Shown one piece after another: positions 41,348 through 50,886 of a stretch of 64,000 nucleotides of DNA. The notes below the pieces were generated by a model, which was not told the origin of the DNA, ran no database searches, and saw only the letters and a program-made list of their open reading frames with translations. The position numbers were made by a program, and so were the translations under genes. Position 1 is the stretch's first letter. Each line of letters begins with the position of its first letter. Location of the stretch: positions 12,274 to 76,273 of the forward strand of contig JAURXM010000075.1 of the NCBI GenBank assembly GCA_030654395.1, given 5' to 3'. This DNA comes from Aquabacterium sp. (lineage in GTDB: Bacteria > Pseudomonadota > Gammaproteobacteria > Burkholderiales > Burkholderiaceae_C).

Positions 41348-42380
41348 TGTGCCGATGCCCGGCCCGGGTCAGCCAAACAATACCCAACAAAATCAGCCCC
41401 GTACCTAGCATCAAGCGCCAAGTGACCGGCTCACCCAAGACAACTGCGGCCATCCAAAGGGTAGACAAAGGCCCAACCATGCCCACTTGGGACGCCAACT
41501 GAGGCCCGAGCCACTGCACGCCCCGCATCACCAGCCAAACCGGCAGTACGGTACATACGACCGCGTTGACCAGCGACAAAGACCAGACCTCCCAAGGCAA
41601 TCCCGCCACCCCTTCACCTTGGGCCTGCAGCACGACCATGGACGGCGCATGCGGCAACCACGCCACCACAGCATGATCAGACCAAGCCACCACGGCCCAT
41701 TGCAGCAAAGCAAACACGCAAGCCACCATGGAGGCCAAGCCCACCAGCCGAGATGAGCCGATACGCCGAACGAGCGTGACGCTGCCCATCAGGTATACGG
41801 CATAGGACAGGGCACTGAGAAACACCAACAAACTGCCTACAGTCATGGCCTGCACGGCACCCAAACCCGCTGTGCTCGCCCCTGCCACTGGCGCCATGGC
41901 CACGTCCCAGTCATGCAACCACACCACGGCTACGCCCGCGTAAGCCAACAGCACCGCGCCAACTTGAGCTGGCCTAGGACGATCGCCGAGAAAGACCACA
42001 CCCAGCAAAAGCACCAAGGTCGGATTGAGGTACATCACCGCGCGCTCTAGACTGGCACTGATGTACTGCAATCCAAGGAAATCAAGGATGCTGGCAAGGT
42101 AGTACCCACAAAAACCCAAGCCAACAATGTGACACCAAGTGCGCATATCAAGGGTTGGTGCCGCCACGCCACCTTGGGGACGAGACGCCCACCACGCCAT
42201 GATGGTAAAAAAAGGCAAAGCCAGCAGCATCCGCAAACCCACCACGGTGAACGCATCGACCCCGTAGCGGTACATCAGTTTGGCCACAATGGCCTTGCCA
42301 GAAAAAGCAATGGCACCGGCTGCGGCGCACAGCAGCCCCTTCATCCTCAGCGCATCAGGATCATTCATTTGATTCAGCAT
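41340..42380 (-). CDS. DMT/EamA family transporter
   Basis: FSGKAI, GYYLAS.LDF.GLQYI, GP.ST; about 10 TM segments. Confidence 0.9.
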   Translation of the reverse strand: MLNQMNDPDALRMKGLLCAAAGAIAFSGKAIVAKLMYRYGVDAFTVVGLRMLLALPFFTIMAWWASRPQGGVAAPTLDMRTWCHIVGLGFCGYYLASILDFLGLQYISASLERAVMYLNPTLVLLLGVVFLGDRPRPAQVGAVLLAYAGVAVVWLHDWDVAMAPVAGASTAGLGAVQAMTVGSLLVFLSALSYAVYLMGSVTLVRRIGSSRLVGLASMVACVFALLQWAVVAWSDHAVVAWLPHAPSMVVLQAQGEGVAGLPWEVWSLSLVNAVVCTVLPVWLVMRGVQWLGPQLASQVGMVGPLSTLWMAAVVLGEPVTWRLMLGTGLILLGIVWLTRAGHRHTR

Positions 42381-42504
42381 GCGGGCACCTTAGCCCAAAT
42401 CAAACCTATCAAATGCCGCCAAGCAGCGGGTTTTCTGCAACCATCAGACACAGGGGCCGTGGTTAGACTTGCCACATATTGCCAACTCGCATTGAGATAC
42501 CACC

Positions 42505-43020
42505 ATGAACCGAACCCGCTTGACCTTGTTGACCGTGCTCCTAGCCTTGGCAGCCGGCCCTTTACTGGCCAAAAAACCAAGCAAAGCACCCAAGAAGGAC
42601 GATGAAGTCGTCGAGATCAACGAGAACGACCCGGCGATGAAGGCGGCCTTCAAACAAGCTCAATCCTCACTCGACACATTCTTGGCAACAGTGATACCCA
42701 GCAACCCCAAATTCGATGCCGTCGCCATCCGCATCGCTGTTCATGATGGCAAAAAAACAGAGTATTTTTGGGCAACCCCATTCAAGATCGACGGTGATGG
42801 CTTCAAGGGATCGATCAACAACGTTCCCCGCGTGGTGAACAACATCAAATACGGCCAAGAGTGGAGCTTCAAGCGCACCGACGTCGTTGACTGGATGTAT
42901 GTCGACACCCAAGCCAAGGTCATGCACGGCAACTTCACAACATGCGCACAACTGACAAAGGCCCCCCCGGCCCACGCCAAGGAGATGAAGAAGGTCTACG
43001 GCTTGGATTGCGAGCGATGA
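42505..43020 (+). CDS. DUF2314 (YegJ-like) exported protein
   Basis: Signal peptide; DPAMKAAF..AQ.SL..F, EYFW, VDWMY, GNFT. Confidence 0.8.
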   Translation: MNRTRLTLLTVLLALAAGPLLAKKPSKAPKKDDEVVEINENDPAMKAAFKQAQSSLDTFLATVIPSNPKFDAVAIRIAVHDGKKTEYFWATPFKIDGDGFKGSINNVPRVVNNIKYGQEWSFKRTDVVDWMYVDTQAKVMHGNFTTCAQLTKAPPAHAKEMKKVYGLDCER

Positions 43021-43073
43021 AGCGGCATTGATCCAACAACCCACTCAAATAAACCCATTGTATAAATTTAAAC

Positions 43074-43102
43074 TTGACCATTTCAACAGCTGTAAATAAA
43101 AT
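43074..43102 (+). promoter_or_regulatory. sigma70 promoter of the XRE antitoxin gene
   Basis: TTGACC-N17-TAAAAT in an AT-rich stretch. Confidence 0.7.
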
Positions 43103-43148
43103 CATTGAATAGCAAATTCAGCACTCAACGGATCAAATTAAAGCTGTT

Positions 43149-43466
43149 ATGAATAATGCATTCACCACAGACGAATGGCTGACTCACATTGGGGACAGCA
43201 TCAGATCCCTTCGGTTGACGCTTGACGGCGGCACCAGCATTGAATCCTTGGCCAAACAAGCTTCGGTCAGCCCCAGTGCATTGAAGAATCTAGAAACGGG
43301 CCGTGGCGCAACCCTGAGCACGCTGATCAGGGTTTTGCGTGCACTGGGCAGAGAAGGCTGGCTCAACACCATCAAACCCTCTCCCGTCATCAATCCTTTG
43401 CTGGTATCCCAATCAGGCACGCAACGTCAACGTGCGCCCAAGAAACGAAAGCCGAGCGCCCTCTGA
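43149..43466 (+). CDS. XRE helix-turn-helix protein, HipB-like antitoxin
   Basis: IGDSIRSLRL..LAKQASVSPSALKNLETGRGATLSTLIRVLRALG, with C-terminal INPL..RQRA typical of HTH genes preceding this HipA subfamily. Confidence 0.8.
   Translation: MNNAFTTDEWLTHIGDSIRSLRLTLDGGTSIESLAKQASVSPSALKNLETGRGATLSTLIRVLRALGREGWLNTIKPSPVINPLLVSQSGTQRQRAPKKRKPSAL
43446..43455 (+). repeat. left copy of direct repeat CGAAAGCCGA
   Basis: Identical 10-mer at 52875-52884; similarity continues imperfectly (cgcc..tgatc..caaaa). Confidence 0.6.
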
Positions 43467-43481
43467 TCCCACATCAAAAGC

Positions 43482-43541
43482 TCACACCGTACCAACATCA
43501 GGTGGCGTGGCAGGCGCGGTGTACAACTGACTCGGTGGCAA
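43482..43541 (-). repeat. diverged duplicate of the mscS 3' end
   Basis: 45/60 nt identical (hand count) to 49219-49278, same frame and same stop position. Confidence 0.85.
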
Positions 43542-44441
43542 CGCCACCGCCACACTGCCCGGCAAGGTCATGACCAGATAATCGATCAGGGCTCGTACTG
43601 CCAGAGGCACACGACGGGCAGCTGGATACAGCGCATACAGAGCGATCTCCGGAGACTCTTGCCACTGCGGCAGCACCGACACCAACCGACCTGCTGCGAT
43701 GTGAGCTGCAACCAAAAATGCGGGCTGCAAGATCAATCCAAGACCCGCAACGGCCGCCTCCACCAGCAATTCACCGTTGTTTGAACACAGCGGTCCACCC
43801 ACTGCAACGTGCACTGTTTCAATGCCTTTCCCCAAGCGCCATATATGGCCTGTGTTGACATGTGCGTAGTTCAGGCACCGGTGCATCTTGAGTGCATCAG
43901 GTGAGTCCGGCACCCCATGTGTCTGTAGATAACTGGGCGCGCAATAGATACCCCGCGGCACGGCGCACATGCGTCGCGCGGCCAGCGATGAATCCTCTAA
44001 CTCTGCAATGCGAAGTGTGAGATCAAAACCATGTTCGAACGGATCAAGCATGCGATCGTTCAATTCCATGCGCAGTTCGACTTGGGGATGCAAAGTCAAA
44101 AAGCCCGGCAACAGTGGCGCCAATACCAGCTGACCAAACGACATAGGCGCATTGACCCGCAATGGCCCGGCCGCCGAACCCTGTATGGCCGACATGGCTC
44201 CGCGGGCCTCGGCAGCGATAGCCAACAGGTCCACCGCGTAGTCGTACAGCGTCGCACCGGCGCTAGTCAGAGAGAGGGCGCGGGTCGAGCGGGCAAAGAG
44301 CACGCTGCCGTACTCGGTCTCAAGTGAGGCAACGAGCTTGCTGATTTGTGAGCGTGTGACGCCTAACGCACGTGCGGCCCCAGCAAAACTGCCAGATTGA
44401 TTTGAGAGCACCAAAGCTTGCAAAGCGTCGAGTCGGTCCAT
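43482..44441 (-). CDS. LysR-family transcriptional regulator (CrgA-like) with mscS-derived C-terminal tail
   Basis: GSFAGAARALG, LFARSTR..LT.AG, LRVNAP; ends PPSQLYTAPATPPDVGTV. Confidence 0.93.
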   Translation of the reverse strand: MDRLDALQALVLSNQSGSFAGAARALGVTRSQISKLVASLETEYGSVLFARSTRALSLTSAGATLYDYAVDLLAIAAEARGAMSAIQGSAAGPLRVNAPMSFGQLVLAPLLPGFLTLHPQVELRMELNDRMLDPFEHGFDLTLRIAELEDSSLAARRMCAVPRGIYCAPSYLQTHGVPDSPDALKMHRCLNYAHVNTGHIWRLGKGIETVHVAVGGPLCSNNGELLVEAAVAGLGLILQPAFLVAAHIAAGRLVSVLPQWQESPEIALYALYPAARRVPLAVRALIDYLVMTLPGSVAVALPPSQLYTAPATPPDVGTV

Positions 44442-44485
44442 TGTGTCAATTTTGGATTCATTGTGATTCCAAATATACATCTAGA

Positions 44486-44498
44486 TTCCATATTGGAA
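44486..44498. promoter_or_regulatory. LysR box (T-N11-A palindrome)
   Basis: TTCCATATTGGAA in the divergent intergenic region. Confidence 0.6.
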
Positions 44499-44543
44499 AC
44501 AATTTAGCATTCAAACCTGCTTTGTTCTAACCCAAAAGGAAAC

Positions 44544-45197
44544 ATGATGACTCAAGGAAAACTCGAACTACTGACCCCGCAAAACTGCGCTTTGATCCTG
44601 ATCGACCACCAACCGCAAATGACGTTTGGTGTAGCCAACATCGATCGACAGCTGCTGAAGAACAATGTCATCGGCTTGGCCAAGGCTGCCCAGGTTTTCA
44701 AGGTACCGACCGTGCTGACTTCGGTAGAAACCGAGTCCTTCTCGGGCGAGATCTGGCCGGAATTGCTCGCCGTGCTGCCTGACAACAAGATTTTCGAGCG
44801 TACCAGCATGAATACTTGGGATGACGCCGCCGTGAAAGCCGAGCTGAAGAAGTTCGGCCGAAAGAAGTTGGTATTCGCTGCGCTATGGACCGAGGTATGC
44901 CTGAATTTCCCGGCACTCGAGGCAATGGCCGAAGGTTACGAGGTCTATTTCGTCGAGGATGCATCAGGCGGCACCTCGGTCGCGGCACACAACATGGCCG
45001 TGCAGCGCATGATTCAGGCGGGCGCCGTGCCAATCACGTGGCAACAGTTCATGCTGGAAATGCAGCGTGACTGGGCACGCAAGGAAACCTATGCGGGCAC
45101 CACCGGCATTGTCGTAGAGCACTCCGGCGCCTACGGCTCTGGCATTGACTACGCCATGACGCATGTGCACAAGCTGTCGGCACGCAAGCTGGGCTAA
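44544..45197 (+). CDS. YcaC-like isochorismatase-family hydrolase
   Basis: LIDHQPQM, ERTSMNTW, LWTEVC, DASGG, ELQRDW-like EMQRDW. Confidence 0.9.
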   Translation: MMTQGKLELLTPQNCALILIDHQPQMTFGVANIDRQLLKNNVIGLAKAAQVFKVPTVLTSVETESFSGEIWPELLAVLPDNKIFERTSMNTWDDAAVKAELKKFGRKKLVFAALWTEVCLNFPALEAMAEGYEVYFVEDASGGTSVAAHNMAVQRMIQAGAVPITWQQFMLEMQRDWARKETYAGTTGIVVEHSGAYGSGIDYAMTHVHKLSARKLG

Positions 45198-45206
45198 AGA
45201 CATACC

Positions 45207-45824
45207 ATGCACAACACCGTTAGCCCCCCTCTTGCAACCACTGGCCAACGGGTCAGCGCCTCCGCTGACAGCGTCAGCTTCGTCGTACGTCACCGTGTTC
45301 GCGCTGGCGCATGCACCTCGTATGAAGCCTGGCTTGTCGAGACCATGCGGGTGGCTGCGGCTTTCCCCGGGCACCAAGGCGTGCAGGTCGTGCGTCCTGT
45401 TGCCCCCGGCGTTGAGTACACCATCATCGTGGACTTCTCCACGCATGATGACGCAACACACTGGCACCAGTCTGCAGAACGCGCACGCCTGATCGAGACC
45501 GTACAACCATATCTCGATGTTGCCGAACAGGTTAGCGTCGGTGCCGGCATCGACTACTGGTTTCAACCGGATACCGCTACAGCCGGTCAGCCGCCGATGA
45601 AACCATCTGCGTGGAAGCAGTGGCTGATCACCACCTCGGTGATCTGGCCGCTGACCATGATTGTTCCGTGGGCATTTGGCCCGGTGTTTAAAGCTGTGCC
45701 TGCGCTGGGTGCGTACGGCGTCGCACATGGCATCCTTGCCTCGGTCATCGTCGCTATCGTCGTCTGGCTGATCATGCCGCGCTACACCCGGTTGGTGCAC
45801 AACTGGTTATTCCGCAAGGACTAG
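45207..45824 (+). CDS. ABM-like (antibiotic biosynthesis monooxygenase) domain plus 2-TM protein
   Basis: YEAWL..FPGHQG, W..S.ER, DYWF..P..WKQ, MPRYTR. Confidence 0.75.
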   Translation: MHNTVSPPLATTGQRVSASADSVSFVVRHRVRAGACTSYEAWLVETMRVAAAFPGHQGVQVVRPVAPGVEYTIIVDFSTHDDATHWHQSAERARLIETVQPYLDVAEQVSVGAGIDYWFQPDTATAGQPPMKPSAWKQWLITTSVIWPLTMIVPWAFGPVFKAVPALGAYGVAHGILASVIVAIVVWLIMPRYTRLVHNWLFRKD

Positions 45825-45858
45825 TCGCTATGAAATCCGCAACACACACTGGAACGCC

Positions 45859-47763
45859 ATGACCGCGACAATCACCACCGCTGAAATCATCTTTCTCAAT
45901 GGCCGCTTCACCACGCTGGATCGGCAGAACCCGGTGGCCACAGCCGTGGCCATCGCTGGCGGCAAGTTCATCGCCGTCGGTGACCGCGAGGATGTCGTAC
46001 GCCATGCCGGCAGCGCCACCGCTGTGATCGACCTCGGCGGTGCCACGGCACTCCCCGGCCTGCACGACAGCCATACGCACCTGATTCGTGGCGGCTTGAA
46101 CTACACCATGGAACTGCGCTGGGACGGGGTGCCCTCGCTCAGCGATGCGATGGCGATGCTCAAGGCACAGGCGGCGCGCACGCCGGCGCCTCAGTGGGTG
46201 CGCGTGGTCGGCGGTTTTACAGAGCACCAGTTCGCTGAAAAACGCTTACCTACGCTTCAAGAAATCAACGCTGCAGCCCCGGACACCCCGGTCTTCATCC
46301 TGCACCTGTACGACCGCGCATTATTGAATGGTGCAGCACTGCGCGCTGTCGGCTACGGCAAAGATACGCCAAACCCACCGGGCGGCGAGATCGTGCGCGA
46401 TGTCAATGGCAACCCGACGGGCCTCTTGCTTGCCAAGCCAAACGCGATGATTCTCTACGCCACCCTAGCCAAAGGTCCCAAGCTTGACCCTGACGCGCAA
46501 GAAGCCTCAACCCGGCTTTTCATGCGAGAACTCAACAGACTCGGCATCACCTCGGTGATCGACGCCGGCGGCGGTTTTCAGAACTACCCGGACGACTACC
46601 GTGTCATAGAGAAGTTGCGTGATGCTGACGAACTCACCGTGCGCATCGGCTACAACCTGTTCACACAGCGGCCCAAGCACGAAGTAGACGACTTCAAGCA
46701 GTGGACTGACATGCTGGCACCGTTTACTGGCAACGACATGCTTCGCCACAATGGCGCTGGTGAAATGCTGGTGTTCTCCGCCGCCGACTTCGAGGACTTT
46801 CGTGAGCCGCGCCCCGACCTGGTCGATAGCATGGAGGATGAGCTCGAAAACGTGGTGCGCCTGCTGGTCGAAAAGCGTTGGCCGTTCCGCCTGCATGCGA
46901 CCTACGACGAGTCCATAGGTCGTGCACTCGATACCTTTGAGAAAGTCAACCGCGAGATACCGTTCAATGGCCTGCACTGGTTTTTTGACCATGCTGAGAC
47001 CATCAGCCAGCGAAACATCGAGCGAGTCAAGGTACTGGGGGGCGGCATCGCCGTGCAACACCGCATGGCCTATCAGGGCGAGTATTTCATAGAACGCTAT
47101 GGCGCCAAGGCGGCCGAGCGCTCCCCACCGATCCGCAAGATGCTCGATGCCGGCGTACCCGTTGGCGGCGGCACCGATGCGACCCGTGTTGCCAGCTATA
47201 ACCCTTGGATCTGCCTGTACTGGATGGTGACAGGTCAGACTGTCGGCGGCACCACCATGTACCGCCCAGACAACCTGCTCGACCGTGAGACTGCGCTACG
47301 GCTATGGACCACTGGCAGCGCTTGGTTCGCCAATGCCGATGGAAAAAAAGGGCAGATCAAGACAGGTCAGCTTGCAGATTTCATCGTGCCATCGCGCGAT
47401 TTCTTTGGCATACCCGAAGCAGACATCAAGGACTTGGTCTCGATCCTGACTGTGGTCGGTGGCCGCGTCGTGCACGGCGACGGTGATTTCGCCAAGCTTG
47501 CGCCGCCGATGCCCAAAGCAGCCAACGACTGGGCACCCACCAACGCCTTCGGCGGTTACTGGCGCGAACCTGCAATGGGCAGCAACCAGCCGGGACGCAC
47601 CGTCCAAGCCACACCGCGCAAGGCGCTGTTGCCGTTTGCTGACTGCTGCGCCAAACCTTGCACTGTCCATGGGCATGCGCACACAAAAAGCTGGCTCGGG
47701 CAAGCGCCCGTGTCAGATGAAAAGAGCTTTTGGGGCGTACTGGGGTGCGCCTGTTGGCTCTAA
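45859..47763 (+). CDS. amidohydrolase_3 (YtcJ-like) metallohydrolase
   Basis: PGLHDSHTH, FRLHATYDE, FDHAET, GGTDA. Confidence 0.92.
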   Translation: MTATITTAEIIFLNGRFTTLDRQNPVATAVAIAGGKFIAVGDREDVVRHAGSATAVIDLGGATALPGLHDSHTHLIRGGLNYTMELRWDGVPSLSDAMAMLKAQAARTPAPQWVRVVGGFTEHQFAEKRLPTLQEINAAAPDTPVFILHLYDRALLNGAALRAVGYGKDTPNPPGGEIVRDVNGNPTGLLLAKPNAMILYATLAKGPKLDPDAQEASTRLFMRELNRLGITSVIDAGGGFQNYPDDYRVIEKLRDADELTVRIGYNLFTQRPKHEVDDFKQWTDMLAPFTGNDMLRHNGAGEMLVFSAADFEDFREPRPDLVDSMEDELENVVRLLVEKRWPFRLHATYDESIGRALDTFEKVNREIPFNGLHWFFDHAETISQRNIERVKVLGGGIAVQHRMAYQGEYFIERYGAKAAERSPPIRKMLDAGVPVGGGTDATRVASYNPWICLYWMVTGQTVGGTTMYRPDNLLDRETALRLWTTGSAWFANADGKKGQIKTGQLADFIVPSRDFFGIPEADIKDLVSILTVVGGRVVHGDGDFAKLAPPMPKAANDWAPTNAFGGYWREPAMGSNQPGRTVQATPRKALLPFADCCAKPCTVHGHAHTKSWLGQAPVSDEKSFWGVLGCACWL

Positions 47764-47805
47764 AAATGACACACCCCAAAAAAAAGTCACATGAAAGAAT
47801 CCACC

Positions 47806-48537
47806 ATGTTTGAATTTCGCAAAGCGGACCAACGCGGCCTAGCCAATCTCGGATGGCTCAAGTCTCGCCATACGTTTTCCTTTAGCAGCTATCAGGATCC
47901 CACACAGAACGGGTTTTCCGATCTACTGGTCATCAATGACGACCGTGTGGCGCCTGGGCGAGGATTCAATACACACTCGCACCAAGACATGGAAATTTTT
48001 TCCTACGTCTTGGAAGGTGCACTGGAGCACAAAGATTCCATGGGTACTGGGTCGGTTATCAAGCCGGGCGATGTTCAGATGATGAGCGCCGGGACAGGTG
48101 TAGCGCACAGTGAGTACAACCACTCCGCATCCGATCCGGTCCACTTCCTGCAAATCTGGATCGTGCCGAACGTTCGGGGGGCGACGCCACGTTACCAGCA
48201 AGTCCACTTTGACGAAGCCCAAAAGCGCGGTCAACTGCGGTTGATCGTCTCGCCGGAAGGGGATGCAGGCTCCCTGTCGGTGCATCAGGACGCCCGCATG
48301 TATGCGGGGTTCTTTGACAAAGATGAGAGCGCAACACTTGAGGTCAAGCCCGGCCGCTATCTGTATATTCACGTCGCTCGTGGCAGCATTGACATCAACG
48401 GGACGCGATTCGGAGGAGGCGACGGCGCCCGTGTGCGCGAGGAACAGCTGTTGACGCTATCCAAAGGTGAACAAGCCGAGGTGCTGGTCTTCGACCTGCG
48501 GCCTCACGACGAGCGCACACGCTCCCGTCAAAAATAG
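47806..48537 (+). CDS. pirin family protein (YhhW-like)
   Basis: WLKSRHTFSF, INDDRV, THSHQDMEI, HKDSMG, MSAGTGVAHSE, LQIWI. Confidence 0.93.
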   Translation: MFEFRKADQRGLANLGWLKSRHTFSFSSYQDPTQNGFSDLLVINDDRVAPGRGFNTHSHQDMEIFSYVLEGALEHKDSMGTGSVIKPGDVQMMSAGTGVAHSEYNHSASDPVHFLQIWIVPNVRGATPRYQQVHFDEAQKRGQLRLIVSPEGDAGSLSVHQDARMYAGFFDKDESATLEVKPGRYLYIHVARGSIDINGTRFGGGDGARVREEQLLTLSKGEQAEVLVFDLRPHDERTRSRQK

Positions 48538-48580
48538 CAGGGCGTAAACTGAACGTCCGAGCTACTTGGAGACGAAGCCC

Positions 48581-49159
48581 ATGAATAAGAACCGACTGGA
48601 AGCCTTCAGCGACGGCGTACTCGCCATCATCATCACCATCATGGTGTTGGAGATTAAGGTGCCGCACGGTGCCAACCTGAGCGATCTGACTCCGTTGCTG
48701 CCCGTGTTTCTAAGCTATGTCCTCAGCTTCGTGTATGTCGGCATTTACTGGAATAACCACCATCACATGCTGCATACCGTTAACAAGGTGTCTGGCGGTA
48801 TTTTGTGGGCCAACTTGCATCTGCTGTTCTGGCTGTCTCTGCTTCCCATATCTACCGGTTGGATGGGCGAAAATCATTTCACCCCCGTTCCTAGCGCCAT
48901 GTACGGTGTTGTGCTGTTCATGGCATCCATTGCCTATTGGATATTGCAACTGACAATCATCCGCAGCCAAGGTAAGAATTCACTGCTCGCCCAAGCCATC
49001 GGCAAGGACTACAAGGGCAAGTCTTCTCCTTTTTTGTATGCGATGGCCATACCTGCGGCCTTCGTGTCTCCATGGGTATCGTGGCTGCTTTTCGTGTTCG
49101 TCGCGTTGATGTGGCTTATTCCCGATCGCCGCATAGAAAGTGTTGAACTGATCCGATGA
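48581..49159 (+). CDS. TMEM175 family potassium channel
   Basis: RLEAFSDGVLAIIITIMVLE signature, YWNNHH, PDRR. Confidence 0.92.
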   Translation: MNKNRLEAFSDGVLAIIITIMVLEIKVPHGANLSDLTPLLPVFLSYVLSFVYVGIYWNNHHHMLHTVNKVSGGILWANLHLLFWLSLLPISTGWMGENHFTPVPSAMYGVVLFMASIAYWILQLTIIRSQGKNSLLAQAIGKDYKGKSSPFLYAMAIPAAFVSPWVSWLLFVFVALMWLIPDRRIESVELIR

Positions 49160-49218
49160 CAGATTCCCTTATCCAAAGCTGCCCTGCTCTTTTTCTTCTG
49201 ATGACTTTGGCAACAAGC

Positions 49219-50886
49219 TTACGCTGCACCTACATCAGGTGGCGTAGCGGGTGCTGCGTACCACTGATCAGGTGGCACGATCTTGGCCTGAGCAGGATCT
49301 TCAAAGTACTGCGGTGACATGATTTGAACGCCGTACTCATTGAACACGTCCTGAAGATGGCCGTGTAAAGCACTGAGCACCAAGGCACGAGGGCGTGGCT
49401 CAGAGGGAATGGCCTGACAAACCAAGCGGTACTCAGGGTACCAATCAGACAAAGCCGTCTGAAACACTTGGGGTGCGGGCTCACGCAGCACGCCGGTCGT
49501 GCGATTTGCCGCCTCGATCATCATGGCGTGCACCTGTCGCCAAGGCGTGTCGTAGCCAATCGTGAGCGTGGTATCGACGACAAAACCTGCACCGTTGACG
49601 GCACGCGAGTAGTTTTTGGTCGTGCTGCCCAAAATGGTGGCGTTGGAGATAGTGAGTTCTTCGCCCAAACCTGTGCGAATGCGGGTGGTAAACATACCCA
49701 TTTCTGTGACGGTGCCCTCATGCTCACCCAAGCGCACATACTCACCCCGGCGAAAAACTCGGCTGTAAGTCAAGATCATGCCGCTGGCCGCTTGTCCCAC
49801 CAGACTGGATGCCCCCAATGAGAGCATCAAGCCAAGCAGCACCGACAAGCCCTTGAATGCCTCCGTCTGAGACCCTGGGAGGTAGGGGTAGGCCATGGCC
49901 AACGCAAACAACCACACCACCACCTTGGAGATGCGCTGACTGGGTGCCGCAACATCAGGGTCCAGCCAAGGCAACTCAATGCTGCCATCACGCACACTCG
50001 CAAAGAAGCGGTCTATGCCTTTGCTAACCAACCAGGCTGCGTAAAAGATAAGCCCCGCCGCCAATAGCTCCGGCAACGCGCCGACCACAACAGACAGAAG
50101 CTGAAGAGCCAAATCAGCCAAGAATGTGTTCAGTGACTCACCCCAAGCTCGGGTAAAAGGAAAGCAGCGCAAAACAAAGCTCAGCCACTCGACCAGCACC
50201 ATCGCCATGAGCAGCCGGTAGACCAGTGCCAGCATCAGTCTGACCGCGTAATTCAAACGCTCACGTCGCAACAAGGGTATCCCGCCCACGCTCAAACGGG
50301 ATGCGTGTTTCTCAGTCGCAGCCAGCAAACGCAAAGACAAGACACGTCGGGCTCGGCTACTGAGCCACAGCAAGGTCGCGGCCACGGCGGTCGCGGCCAG
50401 CGCCGTTGCAAGCTCACGCGCCAGCATGTCAATGTTGCGGCTCTCTAAGCTTTCGCCAATCACCAAACGCATGGCTGCGGCTGCATTTTGAGCTGTTTGC
50501 ACCAAAGTATCGTCACGCCCTGGATCAAGATCACCCTGCGTCACCACAAAACTGGTCGCACCATCAATCTGCACCAGCACGCCTGCGCTTTCAACTTGAA
50601 GGCTGACCACATGTGGCCCAGCCAGACTCAACTGATCTGAGATTCTGGCTCTGGCTCGCTTACTGCGATCTTGGGCCGACACACCCAACAGATTCGTTCG
50701 AAACGTGACAATTTTTCTGTTGAAAAAAACAAGCTCAGCCGTTGGGGCCGAGACTGAAACAGCGTTCGCACTTTTGCCCCCCGCGTCAGGCAACGCTTGA
50801 GCAGACGCCACACCGATCAACGTCCAAAGAATGGTGAGCAAGCAGCAACGTATGAAAACCATGAGACGACCTAGCATGAGGATCAT
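49219..50886 (-). CDS. MscS-family mechanosensitive channel with N-terminal periplasmic domain
   Basis: YPYLPGS.TEAFKG, FRRGEYV..EGTV, TIGYDTPWRQV, DVFNEYGVQIMSP. Confidence 0.92.
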   Translation of the reverse strand: MILMLGRLMVFIRCCLLTILWTLIGVASAQALPDAGGKSANAVSVSAPTAELVFFNRKIVTFRTNLLGVSAQDRSKRARARISDQLSLAGPHVVSLQVESAGVLVQIDGATSFVVTQGDLDPGRDDTLVQTAQNAAAAMRLVIGESLESRNIDMLARELATALAATAVAATLLWLSSRARRVLSLRLLAATEKHASRLSVGGIPLLRRERLNYAVRLMLALVYRLLMAMVLVEWLSFVLRCFPFTRAWGESLNTFLADLALQLLSVVVGALPELLAAGLIFYAAWLVSKGIDRFFASVRDGSIELPWLDPDVAAPSQRISKVVVWLFALAMAYPYLPGSQTEAFKGLSVLLGLMLSLGASSLVGQAASGMILTYSRVFRRGEYVRLGEHEGTVTEMGMFTTRIRTGLGEELTISNATILGSTTKNYSRAVNGAGFVVDTTLTIGYDTPWRQVHAMMIEAANRTTGVLREPAPQVFQTALSDWYPEYRLVCQAIPSEPRPRALVLSALHGHLQDVFNEYGVQIMSPQYFEDPAQAKIVPPDQWYAAPATPPDVGAA

